Shown here in pieces: positions 52,037-62,253 of a DNA stretch of 64,000 bases. The position numbers were made by a program, and so were the translations under genes. Location of the stretch: positions 45,942,001-46,006,000 of the forward strand of contig CM060734.1 in the NCBI GenBank assembly GCA_030704615.1, in the 5' to 3' direction. Below the pieces are notes generated by a model. It was not told where the DNA came from. It made no database searches and saw only the letters and a list, made by a program, of their open reading frames with translations. The stretch is from Takakia lepidozioides. Taxonomy: Eukaryota; Plantae; Bryophyta. How positions within the stretch are numbered: the stretch's first letter is position 1; the number at the start of each line of letters is the position of its first letter.

Positions 52037-52600
52037 TCACGTTGTCAATGGGACTTCGACTGCTCTCAGAACTAGCTCATGAGTCATGGGGCTCCTCCAT
52101 GTAAAGTCGATTGCAGCCGTTGTACCGCCCCTAGTGATGTTCACCACAATGTCCTGCCCTTCAATCATACCACCATCGAATATGGAAATCTTCACGTTTT
52201 CGTCGTCCACACCAATGCGAATGTCCCCATACAATGGAGAAGAGGAGCGCACTCCTTGAGGAGAATAGGTCTCTCCGATGGAGTCCACCCACGTCCAGTG
52301 GCAGCAGTTCCACCGCAACAGCATAGCAGTGCGCCTTCTTCTGCATGGGTGACCGTCGTAGCTGGGAAAATCGGAATCGAGGATGCGCAGGAGCCACGGA
52401 CTCCTCAGACCAAGATCGTCACCCCGCTCGAAGGCGTAGTGGCCTACGATATACTCAAAAGCCACCAATGTTTCCACAATCGAACCAGTATCTTCTGTGT
52501 AATCTGTGTACCAGATAACAATGTCTCCCGATGTGGCCGAATACATTGCATAATCGATGCCTCCAAATGGGCAGTCGTCCCGGTTCCGGAAGCACGGCAT
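52037..52600 (-). CDS. Orphan protein A (187 aa from MPCFRN), paralogue of 53140-53718
   Basis: Intact ORF; alignable end to end with its partner (DYAM, SGDI, FERG, PW, RWNCC.WT, YGDIR, DGG.I.G.DIVV, ELVLR..EVP). Confidence 0.75.
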   Translation of the reverse strand: MPCFRNRDDCPFGGIDYAMYSATSGDIVIWYTDYTEDTGSIVETLVAFEYIVGHYAFERGDDLGLRSPWLLRILDSDFPSYDGHPCRRRRTAMLLRWNCCHWTWVDSIGETYSPQGVRSSSPLYGDIRIGVDDENVKISIFDGGMIEGQDIVVNITRGGTTAAIDFTWRSPMTHELVLRAVEVPLTT

Positions 52601-53139
52601 CCTTGCAAAGGAGGACCTGAGGACGACTTGGATGCAGATGACAATGACCTTGCGGACAGCTACGAAGCCCTTAGATTTTGGAAATGATGCGAAGCGGAAG
52701 AGCAGTCCGGCCTCCATCCCACGTACCCACCGACGGAGGTGGAACGTGTTCATCACGACGGCGGTGGATGAACCCATACATCTTTCTCATCAACAAGTTA
52801 TAGTTTGAGATCTGCCACCGAAGTCCATCCCCCCGGATGGAAATTCGGCGCCGCATTTACATCGAAGAGGGGATGGACTTCGTCGTGTCCAGTGGCTATC
52901 GGCCCACCTGGCAGTGACTGCCCATAGTTTGCATGGCAGGGTAGGAAACTGAAACGGCTACATTCATGAAGCAGCCAATCTTCATCGGTCCAGGATCCTG
53001 TAGGGGGGAAATTTAAATGTGCCCTGGAGTGTTTGTGAGGAATTGCAGCGTTAGCTTGAACTTTTTCCAGCCACCGCGCTGCTCCTCCTCCATCCGGGAG
53101 CTGCTGTCATTGAGCGTACTCCGCTACTCTTTTTCAAGG

Positions 53140-53718
53140 ATGCCGTGCCGCCGAAATCCAGCCGACTGCCCTTATCATGGCCACGATTATGCTATGTTCA
53201 AACCAGAATCAGGAGACATCATTGTCTGGCTCTCTGTTTTCACAGACGCTGCTGGAATCAAGCAAGAGTCTTTGCGCGCAATGGAGTATCTGGAGGGCTA
53301 TTACCGCTTTGAGCGAGGTGAGGGCGAGGGTCAATGCGGTCCGTGGGTCCTGAAAATTGTTGACCTCGATATACCAAGCTGGAAAGGGATGCCGGACAGA
53401 TCACGCACGGCCTCGCTTTGGCGCTGGAACTGCTGCCAGTGGACCAGGGAGGACGGCACCGGGGAAAACTATATACGTGCAGATCACTCCGCTCTTCCAG
53501 TGTATGGAGACATTCGGCTGAGTTGCGAAGACGAATCGCACGGGCACATGAGGCCCACAGTGACCTTGTCAATGTATGATGGTGGTATCATTGATGGACA
53601 TGACATTGTCGTCGGCTCCAGCAAGGGCAGCAGAACGACCGAATTGCAGTTTACCTCGAGGTGCCGCAGCAGTGATGAGCTTGTTTTGAGGGGTATCGAA
53701 GTTCCGTCGACTTGGTGA
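53140..53718 (+). CDS. Orphan protein B (192 aa from MPCRRN)
   Basis: Intact ORF, same AAGGATGCCGTGC start context as A. Confidence 0.75.
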   Translation: MPCRRNPADCPYHGHDYAMFKPESGDIIVWLSVFTDAAGIKQESLRAMEYLEGYYRFERGEGEGQCGPWVLKIVDLDIPSWKGMPDRSRTASLWRWNCCQWTREDGTGENYIRADHSALPVYGDIRLSCEDESHGHMRPTVTLSMYDGGIIDGHDIVVGSSKGSRTTELQFTSRCRSSDELVLRGIEVPSTW

Positions 53719-53974
53719 AGCCCATGTAGAAGGAGGAAGGGCTTAGTTTTGTCTGCAGTTGGTAAATGTGAGACATCGTGTCCGATCAATAAACCCATCG
53801 TACCTCACTTCTGTATGATTGTGTTTCATTCTGTTGAATAACTGTCGGAATTGGCCCACTGTTTACAATTTGATGTCTCATTTCTACAATGTGTCTGTCC
53901 GGATGAATATAGCAGAGTAACCGGTATGTGAGTCATGTGTCAAGAATATACCAGAGTAACGCCATGTCGGACAT

Positions 53975-54645
53975 TGAAATGCGGTGCATCATTTCCGTCC
54001 AGGTACACGAAATACCAACACGGGTCTATAAATTGGACAGACAACGAGGTTGGCATTGCAAATGCGGCGACGCATTTCCAGCTTGGCAATGGAAACTTCT
54101 TTTTGGACAAGGGAATGCGGTGCCGCATTTCCGTCCAACACTTCGAAAAGTGTGACATTTCCGACCAGCGCGATGGAATGCGTTACCGCATTTCCGTGAG
54201 AGGGTCTGCAAATGGACAAATTGCGATGTCCGTTCTGGAAATGCGGCGCCGCATTTCCATGTCCGTCATCGACTTTTTTTTTACAATGGAATGCGGTGCC
54301 AATTTTTGCTGATGGGCCTGCAGTTCGAACAACGACCATCCCCAATATGGAAATGCGGCACCGCATTTCAATTCCGCCATCTCGACCTCCTTGTTCGACC
54401 TCCTTGTTCGACCTCTGTAAGCGTGGTGGCATCCATGCAATGAGCGGGAGAGGCCAAAACTGGCGTGTGGACAAAGGAAATTTTGGAAATGCGGCACCGC
54501 ATTTCCAATCGGCCGATTACTTTTTACTATGCCAACATTGAAATGGAAAATTTAGTCCCTCCCCTGTTTTGGAAATGCGGTGCCGCATTTCCAAAAGAGG
54601 TTCTTAGAGTTGCCAAAATTTTGGAAATGCGGTGCCCCATTTCTG
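53975..54645. repeat. Palindrome array 1 (about 10 copies of GGAAATGCGGYRCCGCATTTCC)
   Basis: Copies near 53976, 54060, 54112, 54175, 54237, 54289, 54349, 54485, 54571, 54623, with unrelated spacers. Confidence 0.92.
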
Positions 54646-54780
54646 ATTTTGGGAGCGTCGTGGTTTGGGCGATTGTGTGGCTGGAATGCACACTGGAGAG
54701 GGGTCACGAATGTCGGGCAGAATTTCCTTTATATACTCTGGAAGAGAATTTACATTTACAGAGACTTCATTAAAATTCTA

Positions 54781-57700
54781 TTAATCTTGAAAATCATCCG
54801 AATCCTCATCCTGTTCTAGACTGTCCTGCTCCGCCTCCACCCCCTCAGTGCCTTTCTCATCTCCAGCGGACTGCTCGTTGGCCAGGCTTTCGAAAATCCC
54901 ATCTTCCCCTTGCGGAACTGTCCATCTCACCTCCGTTGGGTCGTCTTCCTCCCTGTCTGCGTCGCTCTCATCCGCTGAATCACATATGTACTTTCGTACC
55001 CGTCTACCTGTCTGAGCTGCTGCCAACTCTTTCCTTATCCTTCTGTCCTCCCTAGCCCTCTCCAAAATCTGCTCTACTTTACTGGGATTCTCACTTCTTC
55101 TAATCGCTGTATTTGCGAGTTTAGCTGCATAACTAGGAAGGGAGTAGTCCCTCACCGGGCTCGTCATGAAGTCGGCCCTCGCAAAGAACGGGACATTCTT
55201 CCTGGCAGGAAGTGTAGGCCCTACATGTTTCGACCCGGACCCTGCAATCCTGCACATGACAATCATCAACGAGACTAATGAGAACCACAGTCGGGAAATT
55301 CGTTTGACAAAAATGACCCAGAAGGCTTTGCAAACTTACAATGTTTGCACTCACTCGTATTCCGGGTTCTCCTCCGCATCAATGTCCACTGTGTCTTCCT
55401 CGGACTCCGACGAATCCGAGGAGACTTCCGCTCTGTCGGGAGCCTTAACATTCCGTTGCAGCCCTTCCAGATGGGATCCCCACACGGATGAATCCTCCTC
55501 GTAGGCAAAGAGGTGCCGGTCGGAAAACCGCCCAGCCCACATTGAGGCACCTGTTACAATGCCATCCACACATTACCACATGGCGCTTCAGATGTTGCGA
55601 ACTACATCCTAACGAGAATTTGCAGAACAGCATAGATCAAGATTCTGCATACCTGTCCCACAGATGAGGTCGAGCACTGTGCCCTCCACGTCTGTGCATG
55701 TCTCCATAATTGTCTGAATGAAGGCAGGGCTCCGAGTCCGTGAGTACCGCAGGGGTTCCGTTGAAGTGAGGCTATGAGGGAGAAGTTCCTTGGGAACGTT
55801 GTTGAACAGAACGTCGTAATCGAGGGGTCGCAGTTCGGGTCAACCTTTCCTCCCTCCTTCCGGAAAGCAAAGGTGGAGTTCTCCTTCACAAAGCAGTATG
55901 CATCGAACTGCTTCGTCTGCATACACAGGGGGAACGATTAGAAACCGAATGCGGCACCGCATTTGAAAACACCCAAGCAAATGAATGGACGAGTGCCAGT
56001 GTCGTAATCACCTTCTTCCCTTCCGACCGAAGGCCCAGTGTGTTGATGCACGTCCACTTCTTTTTCAGAATCGGGACGGCGCTCTTGCGGGTCCACTTCG
56101 CAATTCCTGTCTGAGTGTTTTTTCCTCTGCTCGCCAGGACAACCACACAGCCTCTGTCGTCCAACACCATGCGGGCAAGCCCGAATCCTTTCTTCCAAAA
56201 GTCCTCCGAGTACCTGTTCCAAGATGGCAAAGCTTGCAGTCCTTCCACAGGCTCTCCGTCCGGAATATCCAAGATGATCATATCGCAAGACCACTCGGTG
56301 GCATTTCCGCCCCTCCTACAATCCTTGTCTGCACACACCCTCTCAAAGAACGAGACCATATTCTGAAATCCTGGGGTGTCGGAAGGCTCTTCGGCAGTCG
56401 CCTTCTTCAGTGCTCTGCCCTTCAGACCCTCCATGGTCTTCATGTATGCCAACTTGGCTGCCCGTCCATCCAAAGCCGCCAAGAAACTCTCATTTACACA
56501 CTGGACTACTGTTTCGGGAGCCACTTTCGGCCTCTTCATTTCCACCGGCTCGAAAGGGTGCCCCCCTGGGGGGTTGAAGAGTGCCTTCTTTGCCGAGCCA
56601 GTTCTCGTGCCTCTCGTGACAACGGTGGGCACAGGGGAGGCAGCCTGCGTTTGGGGGGGTGGGCTGGTTGCAAAGTCTCCATCGGAGTCCTCTTCCTCAC
56701 CCTCTTCCTGAACAGGCTGTTTCTGCTTCTTCGTTTTGGCGGGTGTCACAACAGCTGCTCCTTGCTGGCGAGTCCTCTTCTTCGACCCCTTCTGTTGGGC
56801 CTGCACAGCTGCATCCACCGTCTTTTGTGCCATCTCAGCTGCCTTTCTGGATTCTTCCAGAGCAGCAGATTCCTTTGCCGACTTTGGCCCAGCAGGGACA
56901 CGTCTTTCCTTTCTCTTCTCTTCTGCCAAGGCGTGCAGATCTTTCTCAGACTCGTCAACAATACCGCCAGACATGTCCAGGTACCACGGGCATCCAACGA
57001 GATGCGCGGGATGCCATTGTTTCTGCATCTCGGGTGTGTAGACACAGCTTGGGCCCGCCACGGTCCAAGCCATGAAGAACGGGGGCTCTTGAGCCAGGGC
57101 CCCTGTCTGAAGGAGCACGTATTTCATATACCTGCAAGGCAGTCAGCATGCGTGAGCAAAAGTTGAGACCAACCTACTCGCAGAGTGCCACCGAAAACAT
57201 AAAATGCGAATGCGGTGCCGCATTTCCGAGACAAACCTCGTAACCAGGCTTCGCATACAAGGGCAGCTGTGCTTCACCTGTAAACAATTCGCATTGCAGC
57301 TTTCCCCGCTCCCTCCTGATGTGTAAACTCCACGCTCCTTCTTGCTGTCTGTAGCTCTCTGGCGAAAAGGTTGTCCTTGTACGCACATCTGAAACGTGTC
57401 ACGTAGTCTTCCAATGTCTGTGTTCCATCCCATTTGACGTACAAGCCGAACGAATTTGTGTGCATTACGACTTGCTCCTTCGCATTCGACATTACCTGCG
57501 ATTCCCAAATGCATTGTCACGTAGCAGTTCAGGGAATTCATTTCAGAAAAGCAAATCTGGGGAAGTACCTTGAATTACCTGGAACCACCAAGTCATACGG
57601 TTGAGCCACACATCCACTGCAGGGTCGGAAACTTCGAGTGGAAAAGACCACATTGTCCTTATGCTCTCGGATGCATTCCAGATCGACAGCCACCGTGTCT

Positions 57701-59901
57701 GCCATTTCCGATCCAATGTCAGGAGCTGGAAGAGAGTGGCTATTGCTAGGAAGGAACTTCAGTGCATTGAAACCTCACCTTCTCTTTCGCCTCCACACAT
57801 GCCGTTGAGAGGTGATGCAGTTTCTCCAATTGCATGGTCGGCTGCATGGCCCGAGAATAGTGTTTTGCAATCTCGGGGATGAAGTCCTTTCCAAGTGCCG
57901 GATCTGCAATTGCCACCAGCTTCACAAGCTTTGACTTGTATTTGGTTCTGGACTTGACACCGGCTTCCTTCAAGTGCTCAGTCAATGACTGCAACGTTTT
58001 GACCTGCCCCTCACTTTCCATGAAGAAGCGTTTGGCATGGGCCAAATCCAGCTTGATGTTTGACTGCCAACAAAAACATGCAGAAGCGTTACATTCGATT
58101 CATGTGGAAAGATTACTGGAAATTGGGGAAGGATGAGCAGAGGGAAATTGGAGGACGACTTACTTCGTATATCACCTCCACCATTCCATCCATAGTGAGA
58201 CGATACCATGTCCGGTCTGTTTTTGCAACGGCTTTCTGAATGAGCTCGGGCTCCAGCATTTCCGCAAACATCTGCGGATCAGTGAGACCAGTTTTCCTCA
58301 CCCTGTACAGCATATGTGCCATGTGGGTATGCACGTACGCATTCTCAGTGACCCTGCAAGGCACACTCTCCAGTTCAGTACACGGAAGCACGGAAACAAA
58401 CCAGAATGGAAACCGAAATGCGGCACCGCATTTCGAACGTGCTAGGGAGGGTATGAGTATCTTACGAGTTGAGGTCCGCCATGGCATTCTTGAGCAGGGA
58501 GGAGTCTGCCGCCTTCACCTTGAGGATGACACACTCCACCATGTAATGCCAGCCAATGTGCTTGGCATGGTTCTGCTTGATGTACTCCCACCAGGCGAGA
58601 AGTCGGTGATTCCCGTCCCACACAAAGAACATTTTACCCGACATATGGCCGAAGTCTGGATCACCCTTCAGCGTCGCCTCGAATTCGTCGTTGCGAGTGT
58701 GCCAGTGGGTATCCCACGTTGACAATTCATCGGCAGTGGGTCCACGAGTTTCGCCGTCCTCATTCTCAATGGAAACGTAAAACGCTGCCGATCCCAGACG
58801 GTACCCTTCTCGAAATGCGAACTTGAGCTTATCCACATCTCCGGGAAGGGCCTGCCTGACGATGGGAAGGGAGACCATGCGACAGAGTGGGATTCGAAGA
58901 GTCCGCTGGAATACCCTGCTGCCCAGAACTCTGCCAATGCTACTGTGTGTCTCCTCCAACATTTTATCCGCTGCACTTTTGAAATCCTCCGGAGACATGT
59001 CTGTAGGTGCCGGTAGTGGCTGAGCAGCTGGAGCATCCTCAACTGGAGCTGCACTCTGGGGCCTGTCTGCGGGCAATTCTGCCATTGCAGAGGCCTCCTC
59101 CGGGCCTGCTTGCTCATCGGTGGTGAGGTCTTGCTGCGAACGTTGAGCGGCAGCACCCTCCTCCGGTACCAAATCGAGATCAACGGTCGATCCCATTGCC
59201 TTCGCTGCAGCAGAGTCGGCCCCAACATCTGCAGGCGGGAAATCCTCCAGGAACTGAGCTTCAGCTCGTGGAAGCGGTTTTGCGGGAGATTGTTCGGCCG
59301 TCGCCCTGATTGCCTTCTGCTTCCTCATCCTTGCAGGTGAAGGTGTCTGCTGCAATTGAATCTGTCTTTTACCCTGCTGCTTCATTCGCGTTGGGGGGGT
59401 GAATCGGCCTGAGCCGGTTCAGAAGCCAGTAGAGGGACGGGCTGCTTCTTCTTCGACTTTGCTGGAGAAGGGCCCGACCCCTGCTGGCGATTCTCCATGA
59501 CCGAAGAACGCGAGTCGATCTCTGGGGCTTTGAACTTGCCCTTCGAAGCCGCGTCTTTGAATCGCACAGGGCTAGGCCCGGCAGGAATACCCGCGCTCGG
59601 GGATCGGGTGGGTGTACGTGCTGCAGCTAGCTCCTCGGACTCTTCCTGCGGCTCTTCGGATTCCTGCGATCCCTCCAGCACGTCCACCTTTCCTGTTAGG
59701 CATGCAAACATGTTCTGCATTCAAGTCTCCTAGCATTCAGTCTAAGAATTACAGAAGCAAAATGGGGGGTTCGGTGCTCGATCAGCTGCGCGCAGCCCGA
59801 TCGCATGGAGCTCTCACTGGTGGCTGGGTTGCCTGAGTGGCCTGCTGCTCGGAGATGGCAATCTCCTCCTGTAGACGCATCTGCTTCCTCCCCTTCGGCA
59901 T
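54781..59901 (-). CDS. Spliced ParB/Srx-like plus beta-class amino-(N6A/N4C) DNA methyltransferase fusion protein (this copy has frameshifts)
   Basis: FFVWDGNHRLLAW (about 58600); DMIILDIPDG (about 56265); RSPAFIQTIMETCTDVEGTVLDLICGT, intron, GASMWAGRFSDRHLFAYEED. In-phase GT-AG junctions, e.g. 55653/55550 and 55355/55249. Start codon and middle exons approximate. Confidence 0.7.
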
Positions 59902-60294
59902 TGGCCTACGTCCGAAGTATAATTTCCGGAGCTTGCGACGAGGTCTCCTGTCTGGTGCACGAACTCCCCCCCTCTCAGGTTCGAGCATAAGAAGAACAGA
60001 GAGAGGGAAAAGGGGCAAAGAGTGCAGATGGAAAGGGCGCGAGAGGGGTGACTGAGGAGACACGACAAAAGTAGATGAAACGGCGGTGATGCACCACTTG
60101 GGTTCGAAAGGGTTGGACGAAAGTGTCTCCTCGTGGAGTTTGCGTCATTACGAAATTCGAATCGTTCAGGGTACGCCTGCCGTCCGAAAAACAAACATCA
60201 TTATCCAACGGTCAGGCCGCGCCGCCTCATGCCCCTTCAGTCAGATAGAGTGCCGACATGTGCAGCAATTCCGTTGCTCCACGTGTTCACATTT

Positions 60295-61850
60295 CAAGGC
60301 ATTTCCGTCCCAGCGTCTGATGAGTTGGAGTGAAAATGCGAATGCGGCGCCGCATTTCCGTTAAGTACCATCACGAAGCTACACATCCGTACTTGTTGGA
60401 AGAAAATGCGGCACCGCATTTCCGTTCCACCTTCACATACCTTAGTTGTTGAACGGAAATACGGTGCCGCATTTCCGTCCCACAGCTCCATGTATGAGAT
60501 ACAAAAGGGAAATGCGGCGCCGCATTTCCGTTCTGGAATGTCGAAAGGTGCGATTCGGACGGAAATGAGGCACAACATTTCAGTTCCCGTGGTTCATGAT
60601 TTTCAATGTGAACGGAAATGCGGTACCGCATTTCCGTTCCCCCTTCACATACGTTAGTTGATGAACGGAAATGCCGTGCCACATTTCCGTTCGGGAAAGT
60701 ATAGAGGTCTCACCTGGACAGAAATGCGGTGCCGCATTTCCGGTCTGGAAAGTTTGAAGGTCTCACATGGATGGAAATGCGGCAACACATTTCCGTAGCA
60801 CAGCTCCAGGCCCCATATACAAAACGGAAATGCGGCGCCGCATTTCCGTTCTAGAATGTCGGAAGGTGCGACTCGGACGGAAATGCGGTGCCGCATTTCT
60901 GTTCCCGTTGCGCACGATTTTCAGTCAGAACGGAAATGCGGTACCGCATTTCCGTTCTGTAGAGTATTAAGGTCTGACGCTGGCGGAAATGCTGTGCCGC
61001 ATTTTCGTTCCACAGCTCCATGCCTCACATACAAAACGGAAATGCGGCGCCGCATTTCCGTTTTGGAATGTCGGAAGGTGCGACTCCGACGGAAATGCGG
61101 TACCGCATTTCAGTTCCGAATGTTTCAGCGCATATTTCATCAGAACGGAAATGCGTTGCCGCATTTCCGTTCTGGAATGTTGGGAGGTGCGACTCGGATG
61201 GAAATGCGCCGCATTTCAGTTCCGATGGTTCACGATTTTCAGTCAGAACGGAAATGCGGTACCGCATTTCCGTTCTGGATAGTATGAATGTCTCAAGCGG
61301 TCGGAATCGCACTCGGCTCCATGCATCAGATACAAAATGGAAATGCGGCGCCGCATTTCCGTTCTGGAATGTCGGAAAGTGCGACTCGGACGGAAATGCG
61401 GTGCCGCATTTCTGTTCCTTGTTCATTCTCAATCAGAACGGAAATGCGGTACCGCATTTCCGTTCTTCACATACCGCATTTCCGTTCTGGAGAGTATGAA
61501 TGTCTTTGGACGGAAATGTGCTGCAGCATTTCTATCCCTCAGCTCCATGCATCAGATACAAAATGGAAATGCGGCGCCGCATTTCCGTTCTGGAATGTCG
61601 GAAAAGTGCGACTCGGACGGAAATGCGGTGCCGCATTTCTGTCCCGTTGTTCATAATTCTCAATCAGAACGGAAATGCGGTACCGCATTTCCGTTCCACC
61701 TTCACATACCGTGCTTGCTGGATGGAAATGCGTTACCGCATTTCCGTTCTGGAGAGTATAAAGGTTTCCCACGGAAACTCGGCCGCATTTCCGTCGCTCT
61801 GGTGCATGACCAAGATGCAATACGGAAATGCGGCGCCGTATTTCCGTCCA
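60295..61850. repeat. Palindrome array 2 (about 29 copies; 53-bp period)
   Basis: 26-bp ACGGAAATGCGGYRCCGCATTTCCGT plus 27-bp spacers; centres 60412 to 61101 exactly 53 bp apart. Confidence 0.95.
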
Positions 61851-62253
61851 CCAGCAATCGAAAGAATCACTCGGGACGGGAAATCTGGAACCTCAATGGG
61901 TTGCATTGTTCCGAAACAACACAATTGCGGCCAGTCTTGATGAGCACAACTTGGTTGTCTGACCGTTTTAACTAACAGTCCTGGCACTTGTCAGTGCGAA
62001 CGTTCCTGTCTGCACCGAGAATACTGCTGGATCCACCCTCAGGAGAAACTGTCAGGAGATGTTATTTCGTCGCCGAATCGGCCATCATTGTCATACTTAC
62101 TGGCTATGGAATCAATCCTCCCACCTTCATGCATGTAGCTTGAAACAATACTTTCCACTTCAATGTGCGACTTCCAATCGTCGATGGACTCCGCATTGGT
62201 GCCTGTGAGCCTTGGTCTGTCGCTATACTGAACCTCGCACTTGCCAACTCCGT

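Noticed and set aside
54781-59901. Bacterial or phage contamination (parABS or restriction-modification locus)
   Set aside because: GT-AG introns in phase, an intron position shared with the 30-kb copy, and continuity with plant repeats at 51573.
60295-61850. CRISPR array (palindromic repeat plus constant-length spacers)
   Set aside because: Spacers recur in about five classes instead of being unique, repeats are degenerate, no cas genes are visible, and the context is a spliced eukaryotic locus.
60294-61987. Many overlapping ORFs with KCGAAF / EMRRRIS / GNAAPHF repeats (also 53928-54819)
   Set aside because: All-frame translations of the DNA palindrome on both strands; no coding signal.
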